Counted from the stretch's first letter, positions 38,449 through 48,895 are shown. The stretch is 64,000 nt of DNA from Phycisphaeraceae bacterium (GCA_963674705.1 OY771506.1:3680001-3744000), one strand, 5' to 3'. A program made the numbers and translations. Notes: generated from the sequence alone by a model not told the origin.

Positions 38449-39237
38449 ATGAAAAGATATCTCAACATCCTGCGCATCTTCTGGTCGGCTTCGATTTCCG
38501 CCGAAATGGAATACCGCGCCAACTTCATCATGGCGGCGCTGTCCAGTGTCATGATGCTGATCGGGACGGTGATGATGCTTTTCCTCTTTTATCGCACGGG
38601 CTACCAGATGGGCGGCTGGCACTGGCGCGACGCACTGGCGGTTGTCGGGGCATTTACGTTCCTGGACGGCGTACAGGCGACCTTCATGGCCCCCAACCGT
38701 ATCCGTGTCACCGAATACATCCGCGAGGGAACACTCGACTTCGTCCTGATCAAACCCATCGACAGCCAGTTCTGGCTCTCTGTGCGGTCACTGTCGCTGT
38801 GGGGTGTGCCGAACATCTTTCTGGGCCTGGTGATCCTTGGGTATGTCATATTCACACGTGAACCTTCTCCCGGCCTGGTAAACGTCGTGCTGGCGATTAC
38901 GACACTGCTCTTGGGTGTGCTCGTGCTCTACAGCCTCGGTTACCTGCTGAGCACACTCAGCATCTGGTACGTCAAGCTCTACAACATCACGATGGCGATG
39001 CAGGCCCTGGTCGAGACCGGCCGCTACCCGATCCCCGCATACAAACCCGCCTACCAGGCGTTCTTCACATTCGTGTTGCCCGTCGCTTTCATGACCACCG
39101 TCCCCGCTCAGTTTTTAACCGGCCGCGGCACCGCCCCCTGGCTCATCGCCGCGGCTGTCGTGACGGCAGCGCTGTTATTAGCATCGATCTGGTTCTGGCG
39201 ATTCGCACTGCGGTATTACACGAGCGCGTCGAGTTGA
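38449..39237 (+). CDS. ABC-2 family permease (DUF990-like)
   Basis: EYRANF, GTLDFVLIKPIDSQF, GRYP, ALRYYTSASS. Confidence 0.88.
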   Translation: MKRYLNILRIFWSASISAEMEYRANFIMAALSSVMMLIGTVMMLFLFYRTGYQMGGWHWRDALAVVGAFTFLDGVQATFMAPNRIRVTEYIREGTLDFVLIKPIDSQFWLSVRSLSLWGVPNIFLGLVILGYVIFTREPSPGLVNVVLAITTLLLGVLVLYSLGYLLSTLSIWYVKLYNITMAMQALVETGRYPIPAYKPAYQAFFTFVLPVAFMTTVPAQFLTGRGTAPWLIAAAVVTAALLLASIWFWRFALRYYTSASS

Positions 39238-39438
39238 ACAGGGATGTTAGTTAGCCGCGAATGAACGCGAATAAACGCAAATGAAGATGTATATTCGCGT
39301 GGATTTGCGTTTATTGGCGGCAAACTTCCACAATGTAGTTGTCCGACAGGATTATGATAGCAATTCATCCAGACTCACAGATTGCTAATTCAAGTGCATC
39401 GTTGACGTTCGGCATACTCTTTCAGATGATTTGTTTTA

Positions 39439-40317
39439 ATGGTGGCTATCTTGTCATATGTCTTATTGGCCGGTTCTGTCATCTGGCTTGTCGTGCTCTG
39501 GGTGTGGGTTTTAAAAGAGCATCCCGGGCCGCGCTATCCGTACTGTCCTGCGTGCAACTTCCCGACGCGACAGGTCCGTGGGACGCACTGCCCGCAATGT
39601 GGCGTAGACCTGCGTGAGGCCGGCATCAAAACACCCCGTGTCAAGGACACCGACGTCGATCAGCGTTTTATTTTCGGGTGGACCACGCCATTGGTCCTGC
39701 TCGCGGTGATCCTGCCTTTTAAACTTGATCCTATCGGCCCGAAGGTGCAGGATGTAGGCCTAAACCTGCAACTCGATAGCCTATCCGAGCAGGCGGGATT
39801 CACCATTACAATTTATGGCAAGGGATCCCCGACTGTTGAAAAAGTGACCATGGTTTTCCACGGCGAAGGCCTTGGCATTTTTGAAACAGGTGTAGACATC
39901 CCCAACATGATGCTGACCGATCCGCCCAACCGCGTATCGTCCACCGATGCGCAGCGGCCGATGAATCACCAGGCGTTGGCTCAATATTTTGAGAAGATGA
40001 ACGTTGACACATCCAGCGAAGAAACACGGCAGGCTATAGATGAGTTGATCGTCATCCTGCAAACCCTTCATCGCACCGGCCATCGGCCGCAGGTCTTCTC
40101 GTCTTTCGAACCCTTTGAGAACACCACGTATTCCCAGCATACAGCCAGATGGTTCATTTTCGGGATATTTTTAATCTGGGGAATTATATGGATCGCAGGG
40201 ATCGCGAAGTACTACAAAATCCGTGTGAGACAGCGTCTTGCAGATAATCAGAACGTCAGAGAACTCAACAAAATAATTGACCTATCATCCAATGGAATGG
40301 ATGATGCCAGCCCATGA
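39439..40317 (+). CDS. Zinc-ribbon membrane protein, paralog 1
   Basis: TM-CPAC..CPQCG.DLREAGI-TM-extracytoplasmic domain-TM. Confidence 0.75.
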   Translation: MVAILSYVLLAGSVIWLVVLWVWVLKEHPGPRYPYCPACNFPTRQVRGTHCPQCGVDLREAGIKTPRVKDTDVDQRFIFGWTTPLVLLAVILPFKLDPIGPKVQDVGLNLQLDSLSEQAGFTITIYGKGSPTVEKVTMVFHGEGLGIFETGVDIPNMMLTDPPNRVSSTDAQRPMNHQALAQYFEKMNVDTSSEETRQAIDELIVILQTLHRTGHRPQVFSSFEPFENTTYSQHTARWFIFGIFLIWGIIWIAGIAKYYKIRVRQRLADNQNVRELNKIIDLSSNGMDDASP

Positions 40318-41255
40318 TGTTCAGCCTGATCGGCATCCTGTTCTTGATTATCCCGTTTGCGTATCTATTGGCATCCGTGGTTGGTCTGTCCTATCTCTGG
40401 TACCGGGTATTAAAAGGCAAACGTGGTGGAGACTTGCCAACCTGCGCACGGTGTGGGTATGGCGTGCGCGGCCTGGCGGGCTTGAACTGTCCGGAGTGCG
40501 GTGCAGATTTGCGTGAAGTCGGTATTACCACGCCAAAGCAGCGCGGGGCGGTTTCACCGATCCTTTTTGTGTTGTTGTGGACACTGCTATTGCCTGGGCC
40601 GACCTGTCTGGTGTCCGGGGTGTTGGTGGCAATTGGGCCGAAGCAAAGCGCCATCGATAAGGAATCGCTTGAATTAAGCATTCCAACTTCAGGCGAGTAT
40701 CGGTCATTGACTATTGAGCGATATCATGGTGGACTGTCGATACTTCCTGGCTCTACAACATTGACGATGCTGTTTTGTGTGGGACAGACCAATCATGTAA
40801 ATCTCAATATCAATCCAGATGCAATGACGTATGTGGATATTACCAACTCCAATTCCAACACGTATGGTCCGACACCGTCACGGTCGACTACACCATTGGA
40901 CCGTCAGGCAATTTTGAGTGTGCTCCAACGTATTGGCGCCGATCCGTCACGGCAGGATGTGATTGATGAAGCGGACGAGTTGCTTGGCATCGTGAAGACG
41001 ATACCTACGCAGGGTTTACTCAACGTAACCACAACAAACTTTTTTCCGAAGTACACACAAAACACTCACGACGAACCGGCTGTGTGGTTCATGCTATTGA
41101 TGCTGGGAATCTGCATCGGATTCTGGATATTGGGCTTTGTCTTCTTCTTCCGTATCCGCCGCAAGTCCGTTCCCCAAGTAAAACCATGCAAGGCTGAAAC
41201 CGCCCGGTTCGCTCCACCAAGTGACTCCGGTCCACACACCCCCCCAGCTTCCTGA
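40314..41255 (+). CDS. Zinc-ribbon membrane protein, paralog 2
   Basis: TM-CARCGY..RGL...CPECGADLREVGI-TM...TM. Confidence 0.78.
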   Translation: MMFSLIGILFLIIPFAYLLASVVGLSYLWYRVLKGKRGGDLPTCARCGYGVRGLAGLNCPECGADLREVGITTPKQRGAVSPILFVLLWTLLLPGPTCLVSGVLVAIGPKQSAIDKESLELSIPTSGEYRSLTIERYHGGLSILPGSTTLTMLFCVGQTNHVNLNINPDAMTYVDITNSNSNTYGPTPSRSTTPLDRQAILSVLQRIGADPSRQDVIDEADELLGIVKTIPTQGLLNVTTTNFFPKYTQNTHDEPAVWFMLLMLGICIGFWILGFVFFFRIRRKSVPQVKPCKAETARFAPPSDSGPHTPPAS

Positions 41256-41419
41256 CCTCCTCCCTCTAGCCGCTTGCGGCTTAGCGTTGCCAGATATGGG
41301 ATTTCCACCCCATGGCCTGGCCAGCCACCAGCCTCCAGTCACCAGCCTCCAGTCACCAGCCACTTTCCCACACCCAAACACTTCCCGAATAAATTTTTGA
41401 AATTTCCTCAAGTACTACC

Positions 41420-41447
41420 TTGACAGAACCCGAACATTACCTAACAT
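41420..41447 (+). promoter_or_regulatory. Sigma70-type recA promoter (TTGACA-16-TAACAT)
   Basis: Perfect -35 at 41420-25; TAnnnT -10 at 41442-47. Confidence 0.6.
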
Positions 41448-41497
41448 GGCCCATACCGGACATCAACCGAACATTGACCCGAACAAGGAGCAGGACT

Positions 41498-42667
41498 ATG
41501 GTAACAACCGCTACAATGACCCCGAAAGGTTCCACGGCCGCCGCGAAAGGCAACGGGGCCGCAAAGCGAGGATTGACCATGGCCAAATCACAGACAAACA
41601 CCGATAAAACCGACGCCGGCCGCAAGCAGGCACTCGACCGGGCCGTCGCCCAGATTGAGAAGAACTTCGGCAAGGGCTCCATCATGCGGCTGGACGACGA
41701 TCCGGCCAACCTGCCCCCGGGCATCTCCACCGGTTCGATCAGCCTGGATCTGGCGCTGGGCGGCCGGGGCGTCCCCGCAGGGCGTGTCATTGAGGTATTC
41801 GGGCCCGAATCTTCGGGTAAAACGACGCTGAACCTGCACATCATTGCCAGCGTGCAGAAGGCTGGCGGCGTGGCGGCGTTCATAGACGCTGAGCACGCGC
41901 TGGACCCGTCCTGGGCTAAGCGTCTGGGCGTGAATATCGACGACCTGCTGGTCAGTCAGCCGGACACGGGCGAACAGGCCCTGGAAATCTGCGAGCTGCT
42001 GGTCCGCTCCAACGCGGTCGACCTGATCGTGATCGACTCGGTCGCAGCCCTGATCCCCCGTGCGGAAATCGAAGGCGAGATGGGCGACAGCCACGTCGGC
42101 CTCCAGGCCCGGCTGATGAGTCAGGCCCTGCGTAAACTCACCGGCGCGATCAACCAGAGCAAGTGCACCGTCGTCTTCATCAACCAGATCCGCGAGAAGA
42201 TCGGCGTGATGTTCGGCAACCCCGAAACCACCCCCGGCGGCCGGGCCCTGAAGTTCTATTCCTCCATCCGTCTGGATATCCGCCGCACCGGCAGCATCAA
42301 GGAAGGCGACACCGCCGTAGGCAACCGCGTCCGCGTGAAGGTCGTGAAGAACAAGGTCGCTCCGCCGTTCCGTCAAGCCGAGTTCGACATCATGTTCGAC
42401 GAAGGCATCAGCGCCACCGGCGACCTGCTGGACCTGGCTGTCGATACGAATGTGGTGCAGAAGTCCGGCGCATGGTTCAGTTTCAACGAAGTCCGCCTCG
42501 GTCAGGGCCGGGAAAACAGCAAGCAGTTCCTCAAGGATAATCCGGACCTCTTCGAGGAGATCAAGAAGCTGGTCCTGGCGGCGAAGGGCGTGATCGATCC
42601 GAAAGACCCGGCCGCAGGCCTCAGTGATGACGATGAACTGGTCCCCGCCGAGGTCGATGACGAATAA
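41498..42667 (+). CDS. recA: Recombinase RecA (alternative start 41579)
   Basis: [46 protein letters not shown]. Confidence 0.99.
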   Translation: MVTTATMTPKGSTAAAKGNGAAKRGLTMAKSQTNTDKTDAGRKQALDRAVAQIEKNFGKGSIMRLDDDPANLPPGISTGSISLDLALGGRGVPAGRVIEVFGPESSGKTTLNLHIIASVQKAGGVAAFIDAEHALDPSWAKRLGVNIDDLLVSQPDTGEQALEICELLVRSNAVDLIVIDSVAALIPRAEIEGEMGDSHVGLQARLMSQALRKLTGAINQSKCTVVFINQIREKIGVMFGNPETTPGGRALKFYSSIRLDIRRTGSIKEGDTAVGNRVRVKVVKNKVAPPFRQAEFDIMFDEGISATGDLLDLAVDTNVVQKSGAWFSFNEVRLGQGRENSKQFLKDNPDLFEEIKKLVLAAKGVIDPKDPAAGLSDDDELVPAEVDDE

Positions 42668-42857
42668 TCGCCGCAACGGGATTCAGTAAAAGGCATTAGC
42701 TTGATACAATCGCCGGAATGAGCGATCGGACCATTCAGGTGCCTGCACGCGCCGAAAGGCGGTGCAGATGAATCTCGTTGTATCAGTCTCGCAGATGCGG
42801 CTTTGTTTGGCTCGCTATCGATGGCCTGTGGGCGATGGATCGTCCGTCAATCAGGTT

Positions 42858-43943
42858 ATGGCACACAAGTGTTTCAAGCATCTGTTGTTTTGTGTTTCGT
42901 TGATCGGTTTGATGCTGGCGTGCGTGGGATGCGCAGCATCAGGTTCATCGACAGGGAAATCAACGGCGCTGATATCTGCCCCGGTCCGTTTTGTGACATC
43001 AGATATCGACTGGGAGCCGTACCTGCACGAGGTGGGGATGGTCAGCCATCTGCCGTTAAGTGAGATCAGCGGGATCGAACGCAGCCAAGCGTATCCGGAC
43101 CTCTGGTGGGTGCAAAATGATAGCGGCGATGAGCCACGCATCTTTGGCATCGACCAATCGGGTAAGGTCATCATGCCCGTCTGGCAGGGCGGCAAGTATT
43201 TTGTGGACGTGTCGCCGGCTGATGCGCAAACAAGCGATAACTCAGGAAAGGATCAAGCCGAGCCGGCCAAGCAGCCGTGGTTCGGCGTACGTATCCTGAA
43301 CGCAGCGAACCAGGACTGGGAAGACCTCACGCTGGACGGTGACAAGTTGTACATCGCTGACACCGGGAACAACGGCAACGCCAAGCGCGACCTCGGCATC
43401 TACATCGTCAACGAACCCAATCCCGCCGAGATGGACCAGGGGACTCGGCCGATCACCTTCCTCATGATCGCCTACCCCGATCAGCACGCCTTCCCGCCAG
43501 CACCGCCTGACGATTGGCGATTCGATTGCGAGTCGGTCTTCATCAGCGAAGGCAAGCTCTACTTCCTGACCAAGTATCGGGCCGACTGCCGATTCGATCG
43601 GATCACCACCGGCACGAGCCTGTACCGCCTTGACACACTGCAGCCGGACAAGGTCAACACCTTGACGCTGATCCATCGCGCCGACAACCTGCCGATTACC
43701 CCGACATCAGCGGATGTCTCGCCGGATGGCAGACGCCTGGCGGTGCTCAGCCACGAGGGTATCTGGTTATTCAACAAGCCAGAAAACGGCGATGACTGGT
43801 TAAGCAGCCAGGCGATCCAGATCAAACTCTCGCAGCGGATCAAGCAGGCTGAAGGCGTGTGCTGGGACGATGACGAAACGCTGCGGATCGTCAACGAACA
43901 GCGCGGCGTACTGACACTCGATTTATCGCCATTGAATCCCTAA
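42858..43943 (+). CDS. Exported/lipoprotein hypothetical, probable beta-propeller
   Basis: Lipobox-like CVGC; EISGI, NDSGD, DWED, DTGNN, FDCE, QAEG. Confidence 0.7.
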   Translation: MAHKCFKHLLFCVSLIGLMLACVGCAASGSSTGKSTALISAPVRFVTSDIDWEPYLHEVGMVSHLPLSEISGIERSQAYPDLWWVQNDSGDEPRIFGIDQSGKVIMPVWQGGKYFVDVSPADAQTSDNSGKDQAEPAKQPWFGVRILNAANQDWEDLTLDGDKLYIADTGNNGNAKRDLGIYIVNEPNPAEMDQGTRPITFLMIAYPDQHAFPPAPPDDWRFDCESVFISEGKLYFLTKYRADCRFDRITTGTSLYRLDTLQPDKVNTLTLIHRADNLPITPTSADVSPDGRRLAVLSHEGIWLFNKPENGDDWLSSQAIQIKLSQRIKQAEGVCWDDDETLRIVNEQRGVLTLDLSPLNP

Positions 43944-43977
43944 GCTTCAAAGCACAACCTTACATCGGGGAGTAACC

Positions 43978-44556
43978 GTGATTGTAAAGATCGCAAGAGC
44001 CTATCCAAGCATGTGCAGGTGGTTACGCGGTGTTCGTCAAGAACATGCTGCTGAAGCAAAACCGGTTGATAACTTTGGCCATCAGCGTTTGCATTTGTTC
44101 TATCCTGATTCGCTTCTAGCAGCGAGTAAGGTTGTTGTGACCGATCATCTACCCACACCGCCGCTGGAGCAGTGGGGGCTTGGCAGCCTGGGGATGCTAT
44201 CCTCAGATCAGGCGGCCGCGATCACGTTTCTGGATACATTCTTCGTCCGCCCGGGTCATGTGAATGATGAAGCCTTATTCTTTCACGAACTGGTGCATGT
44301 TGTGCAGTGGCGTCTGCTGGGTATGACGCGGTTTTTGCTTCTGTATGCAATCGGATTGGCTGAGCGGGGTTACATGGACAGCCCACTGGAGGCAACCGCT
44401 TTCCGCTTAGGCGATGCGTTCGAAGCCGGCGGTGACAGGTTTGACGCCTATGACAAAGTCACACAAGACACCCGCCAACTGGCTAAGAACTACCGTAGCG
44501 CCAGTCTTGCCAACCGCTTCATATGGGCCGTGACAGCTATCGCCCCCAGGCAGTAA
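43978..44556 (+). CDS. Hypothetical HExxH zincin-like protein
   Basis: AITF, FHELVHVVQW, GY..SPLE..A. Confidence 0.65.
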   Translation: MIVKIARAYPSMCRWLRGVRQEHAAEAKPVDNFGHQRLHLFYPDSLLAASKVVVTDHLPTPPLEQWGLGSLGMLSSDQAAAITFLDTFFVRPGHVNDEALFFHELVHVVQWRLLGMTRFLLLYAIGLAERGYMDSPLEATAFRLGDAFEAGGDRFDAYDKVTQDTRQLAKNYRSASLANRFIWAVTAIAPRQ

Positions 44557-44614
44557 GCCCTGTGGCAGGACGTATTTCAGAAATCAGGCATTTTCAGCCG
44601 ATCTGAGTTTTGTA

Positions 44615-44869
44615 ATGACCGGACCTGATTACATCGTGGATATTGACGGGATACGCAGCCCGGGCCCGGCTTCCCCGCAGGATCAGGCTTCCAGCCTGCG
44701 CGGCCGACCGTGGCTGGCGATCCAGTGGAAGTGCTGCGGCGTCTACAGCCGTATCTACCGCAACAAGACCGGCACGCTCTACGAAGGCCGCTGCCCGAAG
44801 TGCTCGCGCCCCGTGTCCGTCCGCGTCGGCCCGGGGGGCACGAACCATCGTTTCTTTGAGGCGATGTGA
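44615..44869 (+). CDS. Small Cys-rich hypothetical protein (probable Zn-binding)
   Basis: CC.VYSRIY.N.....Y.GRCPKC...GGT..RFF; codon usage fits the host. Confidence 0.7.
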   Translation: MTGPDYIVDIDGIRSPGPASPQDQASSLRGRPWLAIQWKCCGVYSRIYRNKTGTLYEGRCPKCSRPVSVRVGPGGTNHRFFEAM

Positions 44870-45017
44870 CCCATACATATCTGGTTGTACCTGCTTAGCA
44901 GGCGATCGAAGATCACCGTGTCTGTTTGTTATGCGCTGATCCGGAAACGTGCGGATCTGCGATCCACCGCTAAACAAATTTGCATGAAACCCATAAAGTC
45001 ACACTGCTGATGTGTTG

Positions 45018-47129
45018 TTATTGCACGCCCTGATACCGTTCGCGAATCTTCACGATGCTTTCGGGCAGGCCGACGATGGTGAGTCGATCCGCTTGCTCGA
45101 GGCGTGTATCCCCTCTTGGGATGATGACTTCATCGCCGCGATTGACGACCGCGACAAGGCAGCCATCGGGCAGTTGCATTTCGCGGACAGGTCGGCCGAT
45201 CAGTGCGGCGCTGGGTGTTTCTCTTTCAAGTAACAAGGACATGAACCGCTCTTCATGCAGCAGGATGTGCTTGAGCGCCTGTTCGTTTTCGGTTTCAAGC
45301 CACTGCGGCATAAAGTTCGGATCATCAACGTGCTGGGCGACCTGTGCAAGGATGCGCAGGTGCTGGGCCGCGTCTTCTTCTGGGCTGACAAGGAAGATCA
45401 CAGCGAAGATGGACTGGTCGTGGCCGTGATCGGTGAGATTGTGATCAACGATAACGTGCACGCCGTTGGGCACACGAGCCAACACCATCAACGCGTATTC
45501 CAAACCGGGGATACGTACGTGCGGCAGGGCGGCGCCTTTGGAGACGGGCGTCGCGCCAACGCGTGTGCCTTCAAGGATATTGTCAGCCAGTTGATCCGCG
45601 CTGACCGGCAGATGAATCGACAGCTTCTGCGCCGCCTTGTGAACAAGATCTTCAAACGTGATGTCGCCGTTCTCATTGATCACCGCCGCGCGGGCGACGA
45701 TCTGATCGTAGGGATCATCAACGCGCAGCCCCTTTTCCTTCAGGATGCCGCGCAGTTCGCGATCGAGCCCGGCGTATTGCCGCTGACCCAAACGAGCGAA
45801 CAGGTGATAGATCGCACCGCCACGGACGACCCGGTGGCGTGCGTAGTAGAAGTACCACAGGCAACCAATCACCATCAAACCCACGGAAAACTCGACCGGC
45901 AACGGCCCCATCTGCGCGATGTACCACATCGGCGCCGCAATCCCCAACAGGTGCAGCCACGGGTACCACGGCGAGCGGAAACCCGGATCATACGATTCCA
46001 GGTGGCTCTCCCGCATGACCAGCACGGCCAGGCAATTGAACGCAAACAGCAGCAGGATAAACGCGCTGGCAAGTTTTGCGATCTTTGTCGGATTGAACAC
46101 AAGCAGGCACAACAAAACCGCCAGCGTGGTGAAGATGATCGCGTTGCGTGGTGTCTTGCTGCGATTCAGCTTGCCAAGCGAATCGGGTAAAAGATGGTCA
46201 CGGCTCATCGCTAATGGATAACGTGAAGCGCTGAGGATGCCTGCATTGCCGACGGATAAAAACGCAAGCACGGCCGCAAACGTCATGATAATAGCGCCGG
46301 TGTTGCCGGCCATGACGTTCGCCGCGTCGGCAACCGGCGTAAGGCTCGGGTATTCACCGGCGTATAACTCAGCCGGCGGGAGCAGGCCGACAATGACATA
46401 GGTCCCCAGCCCGTAGACGATCACGGCGGTGAATGTGGCGAGTAATATCCCAAGCGGCAGATTACGCTCCGGGTTCGCTACTTCTTCCGCCACACTGGCG
46501 ACTTTCGTGATCCCCATATAACTGATACACACCATGCCCGATGCGGAAATAATCGGCGTAAATCCACTGGCGAAAAAGTCGGCAAAGTGCTGCTGTTCAT
46601 TGGTATGGATGTGCATCACACCGGCAATGGAAAACCAGACCAACAGGATCAACAGCGCGATAACCAGGAAAGTCTGAAGGATGCCGGACGTGCGCGCTCC
46701 GAAAAGATTGATTACGCCAAACAGTACCGCAAGCACAACCGCGAGCGGTGTCAATGGTAGATTGGGGAAAAATACTTCGATGTAAGCACCGATACCGATC
46801 AGCGCGAACGCGGTCTTGAGCACCAACGAACTCCACGTGCCCATACCGGTGATCGTTCCCGCTAATGGACCGAGGCTGCGATCCAGGAAGTAATACTCGC
46901 CGCCGGCTCGCGGCATCGCGGTCGCAAGTTCGATCTTCGCCAGTATCCCCGGCAGCAAAGGCACGAGTGCGAGCATGTAACTGAGCACCACGGCCGGTCC
47001 CGCTTCTTTCGCGGCCAGACCCGGTAAGAGGAAAAAGCCCGAACTTAGTGTCGCCCCCGTGGCGAGCGTGTAGACATTGAATAACGACAGGGACTTCTTG
47101 AGCTTCTTGGATTCGCTGAGAACAGCCAT
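45018..47129 (-). CDS. APC amino-acid permease fused to PTS EIIA and TrkA-C (RCK_C) domains
   Basis: GATLSSGFFLLPG, AEEV.NP.RN.P, ALPHVR, HLRILA, IPRGDT.L. Confidence 0.9.
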   Translation of the reverse strand: MAVLSESKKLKKSLSLFNVYTLATGATLSSGFFLLPGLAAKEAGPAVVLSYMLALVPLLPGILAKIELATAMPRAGGEYYFLDRSLGPLAGTITGMGTWSSLVLKTAFALIGIGAYIEVFFPNLPLTPLAVVLAVLFGVINLFGARTSGILQTFLVIALLILLVWFSIAGVMHIHTNEQQHFADFFASGFTPIISASGMVCISYMGITKVASVAEEVANPERNLPLGILLATFTAVIVYGLGTYVIVGLLPPAELYAGEYPSLTPVADAANVMAGNTGAIIMTFAAVLAFLSVGNAGILSASRYPLAMSRDHLLPDSLGKLNRSKTPRNAIIFTTLAVLLCLLVFNPTKIAKLASAFILLLFAFNCLAVLVMRESHLESYDPGFRSPWYPWLHLLGIAAPMWYIAQMGPLPVEFSVGLMVIGCLWYFYYARHRVVRGGAIYHLFARLGQRQYAGLDRELRGILKEKGLRVDDPYDQIVARAAVINENGDITFEDLVHKAAQKLSIHLPVSADQLADNILEGTRVGATPVSKGAALPHVRIPGLEYALMVLARVPNGVHVIVDHNLTDHGHDQSIFAVIFLVSPEEDAAQHLRILAQVAQHVDDPNFMPQWLETENEQALKHILLHEERFMSLLLERETPSAALIGRPVREMQLPDGCLVAVVNRGDEVIIPRGDTRLEQADRLTIVGLPESIVKIRERYQGVQ

Positions 47130-47197
47130 GTGCCGGACATTCTAACGATGTTTGGCATGTAAAGGCACGGATCGGCTGTGTTTGGGGAAAAGTTTAT

Positions 47198-48862
47198 TTA
47201 TGGCGTGTCAGGGGCTTGATCGGCCTTGGAAGAGTCCGAATTGGCCCATGCGTGGGCGTCGATCAGTACAAGCTGGTCATCGGCTTGCACGACCGCACCG
47301 TCCTTCATGATCTGCTCCAAGACAGGCCCCGACGTGACTTGCCGATCCAGCAAAATCCACTTCACATCGTATGCCTTGATGATCGCTATCCGGTTAGCCT
47401 TATCGGTTGCAGGCGAGAAGAATCGATCGGTTTCTTGCAGGCGTTCGAATTGCTTAAGATCGTCAAAATCGAATTCCAGGTGCAACGCGGAGACGATCCG
47501 CCCGTCGAATGATGGTACGGGCCAGCCCACCAGGGGCTCCGCCAGCACGACATCATCAGGCCCGATGTTCGGCGTGAGAATCGCGTCATACCGCTGCCAG
47601 TTGTGCGGCTGTTTATCTTCCTTGCCAAGTGCCGAGGCTATCCACTTTCGGGCCAGATGGGGTTCACTCAGCGTCAGCCACAGGTTCGGGATCGCAAATG
47701 CAACGACCATGCCCGCAACCACGCATTCAACCAACGCGGTATTCATCACCCCCCGGTTCCGGCTGAATAATTGCTTGATCCGATGCCACCATGTCGCCGG
47801 CGAGATCACGCCGATCTTGTAAAGAAAAACACCGACCGCCGCTTGTGGGAAGATCAAACCCGCAAGCGGGATGCGTGCCAGTGTTGGTGAACCAGCCACC
47901 GACCCTGCACCCGCGATGCACAACAAGCCCAGCGTAGCAAGCAGCGCGGTTCGGAAAAACGGTTGGCCGCGATAAGGTAGCGTCGCCAGCACCGCCAACA
48001 TCGCCGGCAAACACCAGATCAGCAGCATCATCTTGAAGATCGCCGGGTTGAACCAGTACCACTTGTCAGGCGAATGGGTGACGGCATAAATAAAGTCGTA
48101 CTCCGTCCATGTAGACGCCAGAGCAAGTGCAATCAGGCCCGCAATGAACGCGGCAATGGCACGCTTGATGCGATCCCGATCGGAACCGATCGCGGTGACA
48201 AACAGGCCGAACGCGCCCATCACGCCGCTCATCCCATGTGAAAGCACTGACAAGTAGATCAGCCCTGCTGTCAAAAACGAGAACAGAACCAGGCCGATGC
48301 CCTTGGCTCGTACCAGCCAGCCCCACGTAAAAATCATCAACGCCATCGCCAGCGCGGAAGGATTCACCTGATGCCAGGGCAGGTCACTCAGCGCGAAGCT
48401 GTTTGCGTAACCCGGCGGATAGCCATACAAAAAGAGAACCGATAGCAGTACAAGTGGCGCGGCATCCTCTAAGTGGTATCCTCGCAGCCAATACCACACA
48501 GCGATCAGTAACAGCAACGTGTTGAATACCGCCGCGATACTCAGCACATCGTAAGCATCGATCCCTGTCTTACGCACGATCTGGGCAAGTACCAAGGTGT
48601 AAGGCGAGTATCGGATCGTTGGCGCATCCGATGCATAGGTCGGATTGCCGGGCTCCCACATATCCTGGCTCATCGCAAGGACCGCCCGGTGGTGTTCCCA
48701 AGCGTCGGCGTCCAGCTTCTCCGCGCGGTTGCCTGTCAACAACCCGACATAGCAAAGCAGACCGATCGACATTAATACGTACACCGCAAGGGCAAACCTA
48801 TCATGACCGGTAGTCTTGTCTTGATCGGGGCTGGTATTGTCACAGTCCGGCGTATTTGTCAT
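47198..48862 (-). CDS. Polytopic membrane protein, possible GT-C-fold glycosyltransferase
   Basis: Many TMs; D.WEH loop after TM1; C-terminal YDVKWILLD domain. Confidence 0.55.
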   Translation of the reverse strand: MTNTPDCDNTSPDQDKTTGHDRFALAVYVLMSIGLLCYVGLLTGNRAEKLDADAWEHHRAVLAMSQDMWEPGNPTYASDAPTIRYSPYTLVLAQIVRKTGIDAYDVLSIAAVFNTLLLLIAVWYWLRGYHLEDAAPLVLLSVLFLYGYPPGYANSFALSDLPWHQVNPSALAMALMIFTWGWLVRAKGIGLVLFSFLTAGLIYLSVLSHGMSGVMGAFGLFVTAIGSDRDRIKRAIAAFIAGLIALALASTWTEYDFIYAVTHSPDKWYWFNPAIFKMMLLIWCLPAMLAVLATLPYRGQPFFRTALLATLGLLCIAGAGSVAGSPTLARIPLAGLIFPQAAVGVFLYKIGVISPATWWHRIKQLFSRNRGVMNTALVECVVAGMVVAFAIPNLWLTLSEPHLARKWIASALGKEDKQPHNWQRYDAILTPNIGPDDVVLAEPLVGWPVPSFDGRIVSALHLEFDFDDLKQFERLQETDRFFSPATDKANRIAIIKAYDVKWILLDRQVTSGPVLEQIMKDGAVVQADDQLVLIDAHAWANSDSSKADQAPDTP

Positions 48863-48895
48863 GGCGTGAGTGTATCACAGCGACATCGAAAATAC

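Noticed and set aside
37235..42676. Long - strand ORFs 37235-38257 and 41588-42676
   Set aside because: They are antisense to the ABC transporter genes and recA and carry no motifs.
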